The notes beneath the pieces are model-generated. The model saw only the letters and a list, made by a program, of their open reading frames with translations. It ran no database searches and was not told where the DNA came from. Shown here one piece after another: positions 24,260-33,195 of a stretch of DNA of 35,514 nt (the first letter of the stretch is position 1; every line of letters begins with the position of its first letter). The position numbers and the translations under genes were made by a program. This stretch comes from Acidobacteriota bacterium. GTDB lineage: Bacteria > Acidobacteriota > Thermoanaerobaculia > Multivoradales > JAHEKO01. The stretch covers positions 1-35,514 of the forward strand of contig JAOTZA010000001.1 of assembly GCA_029861655.1 (NCBI GenBank), in the 5' to 3' direction.

Positions 24260-25557
24260 CCCGTATTCTCCGGACGGGGCCTCAGGTATCGCAGCAAGAT
24301 CTCGGAAGTGCGGACCGTTGCGCCGCGATGACGAGCCAGGAGCTCGAGCCCGCGTTGGCCGACGTTTGATCCGGTCGTAGGATCGCTCAAAACTCGCCGC
24401 CAGCCGTTCGCCAGACCCGCGGCGTCTTCGACTCTCAGCCATGCTCGCGCTTCGTCGAAGGTCGCCGCTATCTCTCGAAAGTTCTCCATCGATGGGCCCA
24501 CGACTACCGGAACGCCGAAGCGGGCGGCTTCGAGAGGGTTGTGTCCGCCGGTCGCCACCAGCGTGCCGCCAATGAAAGCCGAGGTTGCCAACCGGTACAC
24601 CGAGGCCAACTCTCCCATGCTGTCGAGCAAGACGACCTGCGGGCTTTTGGCGGCTTCCGTCGCTCGAGGTCGCGCGATTTCGGACCGCCGGAGTAGTCGT
24701 AGCCCGCGCCGTTCGACGAGGTCGCCGATCGAATCCCAGCGTTCGGGGTGCCGTGGCGCCAGAATCAGCAGGGCGTCGACCTCCGAGCTGACATCGGCGA
24801 TGGCGTCCAGAACCAGCTCTTCCTCGCCTCGCATCGTGGAGCCTGCGACCAGAATCGGCCGGCCGCCGGCCACCTGGAGTAGTTCGCCTTCCAGATCGCC
24901 GAGTTTCGCGGGCTCGGTGCTTTCGAACTTGAGATTGCCGGTCACGGTGATGCGGTTTGGCTCGACTCCCAGAGCCCTCAGACGATCGCGGTCTGTTTTC
25001 CCCTGGACAGCGAAGTGGTCGACGGGTGACAGAACGGGCCCGAGAAAACGGCGCAGGCGCACCATCCTGTGGAAGCTCCGATCACTCACTCTGCCGTTGA
25101 TCACGATAACGGGCATACCGCGTTTGCGACACTGGCGCAGAATCAGCGGCCAGAGATCGCCTTCGGCCAGAACGAGCGCTCTGGGCTTGTAGCGGGCAAA
25201 GAACCGCCGGATTGCGAAGCCGAGCTCGAAAGGGAGATAGGTCCGATCCGCAAGCGGGAAACTCGTTTGGGCCAGAGCTTGGCCGGTCGGCGTCACCGTC
25301 GTCACCACCAACCTGTCGCCCATTGCGAGTTCGGGCCATTCGCCGCGCAAGGCCGCCGCGACACCGACCTCGCCGACCGAAACGGCATGTATCCACAGGG
25401 ACGAGCCTTGCCCGGAAGGTGTTGTCGCCGGGTAGAGGCCGAGTCGTGGCTTGAGGCTACGCTGGTAGTGCTTGCCCCGGCTGAGGAGAAGAAACGGTGC
25501 CGCGGCCAGGCTGAACAGGGAGACGGCGATCTGGTAGAGGATCCACATCCGTGACAC
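24256..25557 (-). CDS. waaA: 3-deoxy-D-manno-octulosonic acid (Kdo) transferase
   Basis: It has an N-terminal anchor, LWIHAVSVGEV, and a C-terminal GT-B half (GGTLVATGGHNPLEAA..GVPVVVGP). The start is GTG 25557 or ATG 25548. Confidence 0.9.
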   Translation of the reverse strand: MSRMWILYQIAVSLFSLAAAPFLLLSRGKHYQRSLKPRLGLYPATTPSGQGSSLWIHAVSVGEVGVAAALRGEWPELAMGDRLVVTTVTPTGQALAQTSFPLADRTYLPFELGFAIRRFFARYKPRALVLAEGDLWPLILRQCRKRGMPVIVINGRVSDRSFHRMVRLRRFLGPVLSPVDHFAVQGKTDRDRLRALGVEPNRITVTGNLKFESTEPAKLGDLEGELLQVAGGRPILVAGSTMRGEEELVLDAIADVSSEVDALLILAPRHPERWDSIGDLVERRGLRLLRRSEIARPRATEAAKSPQVVLLDSMGELASVYRLATSAFIGGTLVATGGHNPLEAARFGVPVVVGPSMENFREIAATFDEARAWLRVEDAAGLANGWRRVLSDPTTGSNVGQRGLELLARHRGATVRTSEILLRYLRPRPENTG

Positions 25558-25632
25558 TACGAGCCGGGCGGCGTGCCAGTATAATCCTTTGGCGACAGGA
25601 CGTTAGAGGCGGGCCAGCTGCTAGACGATCCG

Positions 25633-26295
25633 ATGGGCCCGACCGTAAGAATCTTCGGGGAACAGATGCCGCACCTTGTCCACACCACCACCAAACCCGT
25701 TTCCGAGCAGCCGGCCGGCGACCGCGATCTTCTGCTGGCCATTCAACGAGGCGATGAGGAGGCCTTTGCCGAACTTCTCGACCGAAAGACCGGGCCGCTT
25801 CTGGCCCTCACCCATCGGATGGTTTGGGATCGTGAGGAGGCTCGAGATCTCGTCCAAGTGACCTTCCTGAGGGTTTGGGAGCACCGCCACAAGTTCGACG
25901 AACGCTTTAGCCCCAATACCTGGCTCTATAGAATCGCCACCAACCTGGCGATCGATTTTCTACGCGCTAAGCGCACCCGTTTGTCGAAGCTCGAGCCCGT
26001 GCGCCAGCATCTCTACCGGGTCGTCAAGCAACCCGACACGAATCTGGAGGAGATCCTCGAGCGAGACATCCTCTCGGTGCTCCAGGATCTGACATCGGCG
26101 CTGACCGAACGTCAGAGACTCGCCTTTGTTCTGGGGCAGATCGAGGGGTTGAGTACGCGGGAAGTGGCTTCGATTCTGGAGTGCCGGGAATCGACGGTGC
26201 GAAATCATCTCTTTGCGGCGCGCAAGGTCCTGCAGGGTGAACTGCTGCGGCGGTTCCCCGAATACGCCGGCCGCCGGAGGACCGGGAAGCAATGA
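25633..26295 (+). CDS. ECF-type RNA polymerase sigma factor (sigma-70 family group 4)
   Basis: Region 2 is DLVQVTFLRVWEHRHKFDERFSPNTWLYRIATNLAIDFLR. Region 4 is LTERQRLAFVLGQIEGLSTREVASILECRESTVRNHLFAARKVL. An alternative start is ATG 25666. Confidence 0.85.
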   Translation: MGPTVRIFGEQMPHLVHTTTKPVSEQPAGDRDLLLAIQRGDEEAFAELLDRKTGPLLALTHRMVWDREEARDLVQVTFLRVWEHRHKFDERFSPNTWLYRIATNLAIDFLRAKRTRLSKLEPVRQHLYRVVKQPDTNLEEILERDILSVLQDLTSALTERQRLAFVLGQIEGLSTREVASILECRESTVRNHLFAARKVLQGELLRRFPEYAGRRRTGKQ

Positions 26296-26807
26296 CGGCG
26301 TGTCCCGACTGGCAGAGAATCGCGCGCAGCGCGGACCGGTTCCTCGCCGAGGATTGCGCCGATCGCCGGAGGACCTTGCGACACATGGAAGCCTGTCCGA
26401 GTTGCCGCCGGTCGGCGCTCGAGTTGGATCCGACACTGGCGGTCGCGAATCTCCCCGCTGTCGAGGTCTCCAAGTCGGAAATCGAAGCGGTCAAGAGGCA
26501 GGTCCAGGCAATGCGGCGAGTCCGCGCCATCGAAGTCGGAAAACGCCGTCCGGTTCTGTCGCACGTGGCAGTCGTGATGCTGATGGTGGGGCTCGGACTC
26601 TTCCTGCCCGGCAGGGTCATTGACCCTGCCGGTTCTGTCGCCCAAGGCGGCGTGGGTGGCGGAGTCCTTTTTGACGAGGCAAGCCGGGAAGCCGCTTCAT
26701 CACTCGCGCTTGTCGAATCGATCACTCCTTCCACCGCCAGGATCTACCAACTCGATCAAGCAGATTTTCCGATCGTGATGATCGTCGACGAATCGATCGA
26801 TCTCTAG
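26292..26807 (+). CDS. Anti-sigma factor (zf-HC2 type, single TM)
   Basis: It has an ATGA overlap with the sigma gene. The H-x3-C-x2-C motif (HMEACPSC) lies in the N-terminal cytoplasmic part. One TM segment (VLSHVAVVMLMVGLGLFL) is followed by a short extracytoplasmic tail. Confidence 0.75.
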   Translation: MTACPDWQRIARSADRFLAEDCADRRRTLRHMEACPSCRRSALELDPTLAVANLPAVEVSKSEIEAVKRQVQAMRRVRAIEVGKRRPVLSHVAVVMLMVGLGLFLPGRVIDPAGSVAQGGVGGGVLFDEASREAASSLALVESITPSTARIYQLDQADFPIVMIVDESIDL

Positions 26808-26820
26808 ACGTGGTGATCTG

Positions 26821-27537
26821 TTGCCGAGGCCGCAGAGTTTTCTTGCTGTTTGCATCTTTGGCGCTTCTGCAGTGTGGCCTGTTTTATTGGCCGCCCAGAG
26901 CGAGAGTGGTAGAGAAGAAGTGGTGGTACATGCAGTGACGCTTCGACATCAACAGGCGGCCGAGGCGGTGGCGCTGGTCTACCCCATGCTCACCGACGCG
27001 GGCACGGTCGAATTACAGCCGGGCGGTAATACCCTGGTCCTGCGCGACGTGAGTTCATCGGTGGATCGCATACTGCCGTGTCTGCGCCGATTCGACCAGC
27101 CTTCGAGGAGTTTGCGGATCGCGGTTCAGATCGTCAGTGCCGGAGCCGCAGAGGCAGGAAAAGGGCCGGAACCTCAACTCTCGCCTGACGTTTTGGCGCG
27201 GCTACGGGAGCTTCTCCGTTATCGGAGCTACTCGCTTCTCGGCCGGGCCGAGTTGGAAGTGCCGGAAGGCCACGCCACAGCCTACGCAGTGGGTGAGGAA
27301 TATCAAGTCGATTTCCGTCTTGGCAAGCTGCTCGACGGGAGACGGCTCAACCTTCAGGGCTTCCGGGTCTTGCGTCAGGCGGATGACGGCGATCTCAAGC
27401 CGCTCATCCACACCAATCTCAACCTGAGCCTGGACCAGCCGCTGGTGTTGGGTCTGGCCAAGACCGAATCGAGCGACCGCGCCCTGATGGTTGTTCTCCA
27501 ATTCCTCGACATGAAGACGCGAACGGCGAGGAGGTAG
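26821..27537 (+). CDS. Small secreted secretin-like protein (one Secretin_N/N1-like domain plus a compact secretin-core-like region)
   Basis: 238 aa with a TTG start and a signal peptide (FLAVCIFGASAVWPVLLAAQSE). By eye it aligns with the large secretin in this window. NTLVLRDVSSSVDRILPCLRRFDQP matches NAIILRDTADKVKVAERIIDTIDKA. LLGRAELEVPEGHATAYAVGEE matches LLASPQVRISDGETASLTIGDS. Confidence 0.6.
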   Translation: MPRPQSFLAVCIFGASAVWPVLLAAQSESGREEVVVHAVTLRHQQAAEAVALVYPMLTDAGTVELQPGGNTLVLRDVSSSVDRILPCLRRFDQPSRSLRIAVQIVSAGAAEAGKGPEPQLSPDVLARLRELLRYRSYSLLGRAELEVPEGHATAYAVGEEYQVDFRLGKLLDGRRLNLQGFRVLRQADDGDLKPLIHTNLNLSLDQPLVLGLAKTESSDRALMVVLQFLDMKTRTARR

Positions 27538-27540
27538 CCG

Positions 27541-28758
27541 GTGGAGTTCGTCTGCACTCTCGGTACCCCGCAGGGCCGGGTGATCGAGGAGGTCCACGAG
27601 GCAGGTTCGGAGGAGGCGGCGCGCAAGGAACTCGTTCGCCAGGGGTATCACGTCTTCAAGATCCGTCGCGGCGGGGCGCTCGGGTCGTTTTCCCTTCCGC
27701 GTTTTGGGCGCCGCGGACGACGCATCTCGGAAGAGACACTCTTGCTTTTCAACCAGGAACTCGCGGCGCTGCTGCGGGCAGGGCTACCCATTCTCCAGGC
27801 GCTCGAGATCATGCTGCGACGTCAGCGAGAACCCCTCTTCCACGAGGTGCTGACTCAGGTGCGTTCGAAGGTGGAAAATGGCGCCGATCTTTCGGATGCG
27901 TTCGAAGATTTTGCCGATCTTCTTCCGCGGATCTATCCGCAAACCCTCAAGGCCGGTGAACGGAGTGGCGAACTCGAGCAGGTTATCCGTCGTTTTGTTC
28001 GCTATCAATCGCTGGTTACGTCAACTCGCCGCAAGGTGGTTTCTGCACTCGTCTATCCGGCGCTCTTGGTCGCCCTCTCGTTGGCCCTGATCGGCGTGAT
28101 GACCGTTTTTGTGGTTCCCAAGTTCAGTGATTTCTTCTCCAACATGGAGTCGGATCTGCCGTTGATCACGCGGGTCACGGTGGCGGTGTCGGCTTTCTTG
28201 GGCGACAACTGGCTATGGATGTCACTGGCGGCCCTGGCGGTCGTGATCGGCGCGACGTCTCTGAGCCGTTCGCGCCGCGGCGCGCAGATGCTCGGAGCCT
28301 TGAGGCTCAGGCTGCCGCTTCTTGGGAATCTCTTTCAGAAAATGGCTCTCTCCGAGTTCAGTCGTGCCCTCTCAACGCTACTCTCCGGCGGCATTCCGCT
28401 GGTATCGGCCCTCGAGAGCTCGGTCGAGGCGGTCAGTAACGTGCACATTCGCAGGCAACTGGAGCCGACGGTGGCAGCGGTCCGAGAAGGCAATGCGCTT
28501 CACGCCTCCCTCGAAGCCAGCGGAGTGGTCCCGGAGGTTGTGATTGAGATGGCTACCGTCGGGGAAGAGACGGGAGACCTCGATACGATGCTCACCAACG
28601 CCTCCGAGTTCCTGGATGAGGAGGTCGAAACAAGCTTGCAGCGGATCCTGACATTGCTAGAACCCCTGCTACTCGTGATGATGGGTGTCATCGTGGCGAT
28701 CCTATTGGTTTCCATCTACCTTCCTCTCTTTAGCGCCTTGGGGCAGGTGCGGTCTTGA
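27541..28758 (+). CDS. pilC: GspF/PilC-family inner-membrane platform protein
   Basis: 405 aa. GTG start with AGGAGG 7 nt upstream. It has two GspF-type repeats (FNQELAALLRAGLPILQALEIM...; FSRALSTLLSGGIPLVSALES...) and three TM segments. Confidence 0.9.
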   Translation: MEFVCTLGTPQGRVIEEVHEAGSEEAARKELVRQGYHVFKIRRGGALGSFSLPRFGRRGRRISEETLLLFNQELAALLRAGLPILQALEIMLRRQREPLFHEVLTQVRSKVENGADLSDAFEDFADLLPRIYPQTLKAGERSGELEQVIRRFVRYQSLVTSTRRKVVSALVYPALLVALSLALIGVMTVFVVPKFSDFFSNMESDLPLITRVTVAVSAFLGDNWLWMSLAALAVVIGATSLSRSRRGAQMLGALRLRLPLLGNLFQKMALSEFSRALSTLLSGGIPLVSALESSVEAVSNVHIRRQLEPTVAAVREGNALHASLEASGVVPEVVIEMATVGEETGDLDTMLTNASEFLDEEVETSLQRILTLLEPLLLVMMGVIVAILLVSIYLPLFSALGQVRS

Positions 28759-28794
28759 AGAGAGGCAAACTGGAAAGCGGGCCGGAGGCTGACC

Positions 28795-30429
28795 ATGGAT
28801 GAGCCCTTGACCACCGTGTGGAATGGTTCGGAGCCGCCGAAGGCGGACCCGGAGGAAGAGCGCCGGAGCGCCCGGCGGCTGGCGGAGTCGTGCGGGCTCG
28901 AATTCGTGGAGATGGACGATTTTCGGATCGACAACGATCTCTTCCGCTCGGTGCCGTTCGAGTTGATGCTGCGGTACGAGTTTCTTCCCGAGCGCCAGGA
29001 GGACGACCGCTTGTCGCTGGTCATGGCCGATCCTTCGGACATCACCAAGCTCGATGAGCTCGAGCTACTGATCGGCCAGCCGCTGGAGGTCAAGGTCGGT
29101 GCCCGCGGCGTGATCGAAGAGATCCTGGAGAAGTCTGAGAGCGCTCAGCGCGTGCTCGACGAGGCCACCGAGGACTTCCGCATCCAGCTTGTTCAGGACG
29201 ACGGCAACAGCGACGAAGTGCTGTCCATAGACCGTATCAGCGCGGACTCGAGCCCGATCATCAAGTTGGTCGACTCGACAGTGCTCAACGCCATCCAGAG
29301 ACGCGCGAGTGATATCCACATCGAGACCCGAGACAGCGAGGTGGTTGTCAAGTACCGAATCGATGGCGTCCTGTACCAGGCGATGGAGCCGATCGACAAG
29401 GCGCATCACCAGACCATCGTCAGCCGAATCAAAGTGATGTCAGAGCTCGATATCGCCGAGAAACGTGTGCCCCAGGACGGTCGTTTCAAGGTGCGCTACC
29501 AGGGCCGCACCATCGACTTCCGTGTTTCGATCATGCCTTCTGTGCACGGGGAAGATTGCGTCGTCCGTATTCTCGACAAAGAGTCGATCAGCGAGGAGTT
29601 CAAGAACCTTCGTCTGACAGTTCTCGGTTTGGATGACGACACGGTTCACAAGTTCCGAAAGTTCATTCGTGAGCCCTACGGGATGGTGCTGGTGACCGGG
29701 CCGACCGGGTCGGGTAAGACAACGACACTCTACGCCTGTCTTTCCGAGATCCAGTCCTCGGAGGACAAGATCATCACGATCGAAGATCCGGTCGAGTACC
29801 AGCTCAAGGGGATCACCCAGATCCCTGTCAACGAGAAGAAGGGTCTCACCTTCGCCCGTGGCCTACGTTCGATCCTTCGTCACGACCCGGACAAGATCAT
29901 GGTGGGTGAGATCCGCGATCAGGAGACCGCGGCGATCGCCGTTCAATCAGCCCTCACCGGTCACTTGGTCTTCACAACGGTCCATGCGAACAACGTCGTT
30001 GACGTACTGGGCCGGTTTCTCAACATGAAGGTGGATCTGTACAATTTTGTCTCGGCGCTCAACTGTGTTCTGGCGCAGCGCCTGGTGCGGAGAATCTGCG
30101 AGCATTGCAGGGCAGCCGTGGTGGTTTCCGACCAGCTGCTCGAGGAGAGCGGCTTGACACGGGAGCAATGTGAGGACGTGGACTTTTTCGAAGGACGTGG
30201 TTGTGTCGAATGCAGTGGAACCGGATTCCACGGCCGCACGGCCATTTCCGAGCTACTGGACCTTTCGGACCGGATTCGAGAGTTGATCCTCGAGCGCCGG
30301 CCGGCGTCGGAGATCAAGCGGGCAGCAGGTGAGGAAGGGATGATCTTTCTGCGGGAATCGGCCCTGAAGAGAGTGTTCGACGGAGTAACTACACTACGTG
30401 AGATCAATAAAGTTACCTTCGTGGATTAG
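28795..30429 (+). CDS. pilB: GspE/PilB-family secretion/pilus extension ATPase
   Basis: It has a T2SSE_N-like N-terminus, Walker A VTGPTGSGKTTT, Asp box IITIEDPVEY, Walker B IMVGEIRD, His box LTGHLVFTTVHAN, and the tetracysteine CEHC...CVEC. Confidence 0.9.
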   Translation: MDEPLTTVWNGSEPPKADPEEERRSARRLAESCGLEFVEMDDFRIDNDLFRSVPFELMLRYEFLPERQEDDRLSLVMADPSDITKLDELELLIGQPLEVKVGARGVIEEILEKSESAQRVLDEATEDFRIQLVQDDGNSDEVLSIDRISADSSPIIKLVDSTVLNAIQRRASDIHIETRDSEVVVKYRIDGVLYQAMEPIDKAHHQTIVSRIKVMSELDIAEKRVPQDGRFKVRYQGRTIDFRVSIMPSVHGEDCVVRILDKESISEEFKNLRLTVLGLDDDTVHKFRKFIREPYGMVLVTGPTGSGKTTTLYACLSEIQSSEDKIITIEDPVEYQLKGITQIPVNEKKGLTFARGLRSILRHDPDKIMVGEIRDQETAAIAVQSALTGHLVFTTVHANNVVDVLGRFLNMKVDLYNFVSALNCVLAQRLVRRICEHCRAAVVVSDQLLEESGLTREQCEDVDFFEGRGCVECSGTGFHGRTAISELLDLSDRIRELILERRPASEIKRAAGEEGMIFLRESALKRVFDGVTTLREINKVTFVD

Positions 30430-31366
30430 GGGATTGGCGGGTCTAAAACCCTCCGCCGTGCCACCTCACGTGTTTGCGGTCGATGGCGACCGTCTTCGCT
30501 ACGCCCGGTTCCACCCGGACAGGCGGGGGCTCGAGCTGCGCGAGTACTGGAGTGAGGATCTCGAGCCCGGTCTGTTCCCCGAGGGGCAACTCGCCGGTCC
30601 GGCCCGCGACGCTCACCGTCTCGACGAAGCGCTGAAAGCCCTGCTCGAACGATCGAGCCTGACCGTGCACGAGGCCTCCCTCGTACTGCCGGATCGTTGG
30701 CTGCGATTGGCTTCGACCGAAGCCGCTGACGTGCCCCGCAAGGGGCGAGATCGGGCTGAGGTTATTCGGTTCAAGCTGAAACGACTGGTGCCCTTTCGGG
30801 TCGAGGATCTGCGCGTCGCGGATCTCGAGGCTGCCGGGACGGACGACAGCGGGGCGCGCCTGCTGCTTGGCTTTGCTTCCGAGGCTCTGCTCACTCAACT
30901 CGAGGATGTCTTTGCCGGAAACGGGGTCAGAATCGGCCAACTCTCCAACGAAGGTCTGTCGCTTCTTGTCGCCTTGCAAGGTGCGCTTGCCGGTCAGGAG
31001 ACCGGAGTTCTGCTCCACGCCACCAACGAGAGCTACAGCGTGATCGTGGCGCGGCGTGGTGCGCCGATTCTCCATCGGTTCAAGTCGCTAACCCAGACGG
31101 AACCGAATTGGGACCTGGTGGTGCGCGACCTCAAGCTCACTCGTCGATTCGTCGTGTCACAATCGCAAGTTGTGCCCTTGGCCGAGGTCACTTTTGTCGG
31201 TTCTCCCGAGGTGGAGGCGGGCTGGAGCCGAGCGGTGGAGAGGGCGTTCGAAGTGCCCGTGCGCAGCGTGGCGAGCGAGTGGGAGGAGATACCCGGAACG
31301 GTGGAGGGTGTTTCGCCCGTGCAGGCGGCGCCCCTTCTGGGCGCGGCCGCCCGGACGATCAGGTAA
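30398..31366 (+). CDS. pilM: PilM-like (actin-fold, GspL-cytoplasmic-domain-like) assembly protein
   Basis: Its position is immediately upstream of the PilN-like gene. The pattern is typical of PilM-family proteins (LVLPDRWLRL..., FKLKRLVPFRVEDL, LLGFASEALLTQLEDVFAGNGVRIGQL, VLLHATNESYSVIV). The start is ambiguous: GTG 30398 (32-nt overlap with pilB) or TTG 30434. Confidence 0.65.
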   Translation: MRSIKLPSWIRGLAGLKPSAVPPHVFAVDGDRLRYARFHPDRRGLELREYWSEDLEPGLFPEGQLAGPARDAHRLDEALKALLERSSLTVHEASLVLPDRWLRLASTEAADVPRKGRDRAEVIRFKLKRLVPFRVEDLRVADLEAAGTDDSGARLLLGFASEALLTQLEDVFAGNGVRIGQLSNEGLSLLVALQGALAGQETGVLLHATNESYSVIVARRGAPILHRFKSLTQTEPNWDLVVRDLKLTRRFVVSQSQVVPLAEVTFVGSPEVEAGWSRAVERAFEVPVRSVASEWEEIPGTVEGVSPVQAAPLLGAAARTIR

Positions 31367-31371
31367 TCGGC

Positions 31372-32034
31372 ATGAACCGCAATGATCTAAATCTTTCACG
31401 GCGACCGTTTGCCAACCTGCGCCCGCTCAAGCGGGTCTCGCTGCTGCTCTGGTTGGCTGGCGGCCTGATGCTGGTGCTCAACGTACGGAATTACTGGAGT
31501 CACTTCAGCGGCGAGAACCAGGCACGCTCCCGAATGTTGGAGATCGAGCGTGAGCTCGGCGCCGAGAAAGACGCCGTAGGAGAGCTTAGGCGTGAGGTCG
31601 GTGGGCTCAATCTCGAGACGCTCAACGAGCGCAGCCGGTTTGTCAATGAGAAAATCGAGCAACGCACTTTTTCGTGGAGCTCGCTCTTCGATCGATTGAC
31701 CGAGGCGCTGCCCAACGACGTGCGCCTATCGAGCTTGACGCCCAAGTTCGACAGGAAGAGAAGATCAGGACGCGCGGGAGAGAACCTCGGGATGGGGGAA
31801 GTGGGCTTGGAGATTTCGGGGGCCGCCAAGAATGATGAGGCTTTGCTTGCGCTTGTGGACGCTTTCTTCGAACACGGTTCCTTCAGAGAGCCGGATTTGC
31901 AGAGCGAAGACAGAGGAGACGATGGTCTCCTGGAGTTCGAGCTTTCCGTGATCTACCGGCCAGGAGCCAGTGCCGAGACCGACCCTGAGCCGCCCGGCGG
32001 CGTATCGCCGGCCAGCGCGGAGGCCGCGCCTTGA
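31372..32034 (+). CDS. pilN: PilN-like bitopic assembly protein
   Basis: The start is placed at ATG 31372. The listed ORF from 31108 overlaps pilM. It has the N-terminal LNLSRRPF motif (the INLLP-type PilM-binding peptide), one TM segment, a coiled-coil, and a C-terminal ferredoxin-like region. Confidence 0.7.
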   Translation: MNRNDLNLSRRPFANLRPLKRVSLLLWLAGGLMLVLNVRNYWSHFSGENQARSRMLEIERELGAEKDAVGELRREVGGLNLETLNERSRFVNEKIEQRTFSWSSLFDRLTEALPNDVRLSSLTPKFDRKRRSGRAGENLGMGEVGLEISGAAKNDEALLALVDAFFEHGSFREPDLQSEDRGDDGLLEFELSVIYRPGASAETDPEPPGGVSPASAEAAP

Positions 32035-32639
32035 GTTTCGAGCCGGGCGTCTGGGGGCGTAACGCAAGGATCTGGGTCCCGGGACTGGTTTTCTTGCTGT
32101 TGAACGGCGCTCTATTGCTGGCCTACCGGGTTGCTCTCGCAGAAGAAGCCGATATGGGGCGGGCAAGGCTCGCCAGGCGTGCGGACGAACTGGACGCGCT
32201 CCGGGAGGAGAGGCGCTCTCTCGCGGATGTGCTGGAGCGAGCGGCGGAAATCGAGAAAGGCTTGGATGATTTCTACACCCTGCGCCTCGCGACGGAGAAT
32301 GTTGCCCTCACAAGGATCATCGCCGAGGTCAAAGATCTGTCGCGCCGGGCCGGGTTGGTGCCGGCGCAGATCGACTACGCCAAGGAGACCTTCAAAGAGG
32401 AAGACTTGTTGCGTCGCTCGATCGAGTTTCCGGTCGATGGGGACTATGCGGCGCTTCGCCGGCTGGTCAACTTTCTCGAACTCTCGGACTCGTTTTTGGT
32501 GCTGGAGAGTGTCGGTCTGCGCGGCGAGAACGAAAACACGCTGGCGCTCAACATCTCGCTACAGATTGCGACGTTTTTTGCGACCGGATCCACACACTCG
32601 CGAGGCGTCCGGGGCGAGGCCGCGGAGACGACCGAATGA
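32031..32639 (+). CDS. pilO: PilO/GspM-like bitopic assembly protein
   Basis: It has a TTGA overlap with pilN. One TM segment (IWVPGLVFLLLNGALLLAY) is followed by a coiled-coil and a C-terminal domain ending ...LALNISLQIATFF, typical of PilO/GspM. Confidence 0.65.
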   Translation: MSFEPGVWGRNARIWVPGLVFLLLNGALLLAYRVALAEEADMGRARLARRADELDALREERRSLADVLERAAEIEKGLDDFYTLRLATENVALTRIIAEVKDLSRRAGLVPAQIDYAKETFKEEDLLRRSIEFPVDGDYAALRRLVNFLELSDSFLVLESVGLRGENENTLALNISLQIATFFATGSTHSRGVRGEAAETTE

Positions 32640-33193
32640 GCGGTGAACGGCGTCGGGGAATTCTCCTGGTGGCTCTGGCTGCGCTCCTCGCGTTTGCAGC
32701 CGTGCGTTTTGGTGGAGCGCTGCTCTCGGGCCGTGGTGGCACAGGGTTCTCTCCTCCGGACAGCCCCGCAGACAATCAATCGAGAATCGATCTTCCGCAG
32801 TTCGTAGAGCTGCGTTTGGGTGAGCTTGAGAACAAACCAGCAGAATTCAATCCTGGTCGCGATCCGTTTGGTTTTTATACCCCGCCGCCCCCGCCGCCCC
32901 CTCCGGCGCCCCCGCGCCAAAAAGCTCCAACAGGCCGACCGCAACCAAAACCGGCGAGCACGACTCCTCAAAAACCCAAGCCGCCACCTGTTACGGTTAC
33001 GTTTCTGGGCAGTTTTGGGCCTGTGGACAGACGAATAGCAGTGTTCACGGACGGCAATGATCTCTACAATGCGCGAGTGGGTGACGTCGTCAAGGAGCAT
33101 TTTGTCGTCGACAACATCGGTTTTGAGTCCTCTGATTTGAAATACGTCAACTTTCCCGAGGAGCCACCGGCACGATTGGCGGTCGGCGGTTGA
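32636..33193 (+). CDS. PilP/GspC-like secretin-contacting protein (TM-anchored, poly-proline linker, C-terminal beta domain)
   Basis: It has an ATGA overlap with pilO, an N-terminal TM anchor with no lipobox, a linker PPPPPPPPAPP...KPKPPP, and the C-terminal VTFLGSFGPVDRRIAVFTDGNDLYNARVGDVVKEHFVVDNI resembling the PilP/GspC HR domain. Confidence 0.55.
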   Translation: MSGERRRGILLVALAALLAFAAVRFGGALLSGRGGTGFSPPDSPADNQSRIDLPQFVELRLGELENKPAEFNPGRDPFGFYTPPPPPPPPAPPRQKAPTGRPQPKPASTTPQKPKPPPVTVTFLGSFGPVDRRIAVFTDGNDLYNARVGDVVKEHFVVDNIGFESSDLKYVNFPEEPPARLAVGG

Positions 33194-33195
33194 GA

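Noticed and set aside
31108-31371. 5' extension of the PilN-like ORF, together with similar extensions of the pilin ORF (15609-15782) and the lpxK ORF (24260-24442).
   Set aside because: All three overlap well-supported neighbouring genes or the promoter region and have off-frame composition. The internal ATGs give canonical N-termini (LNLSRRPF; MMQRF..KGFTLIELL with a strong SD; an ATGA junction).
32881-32920. A C/G-rich low-complexity run (ccgccgcccccgccgccccctccggcgccccc).
   Set aside because: It simply encodes the poly-proline linker of the PilP/GspC-like protein and is not an independent DNA repeat element.
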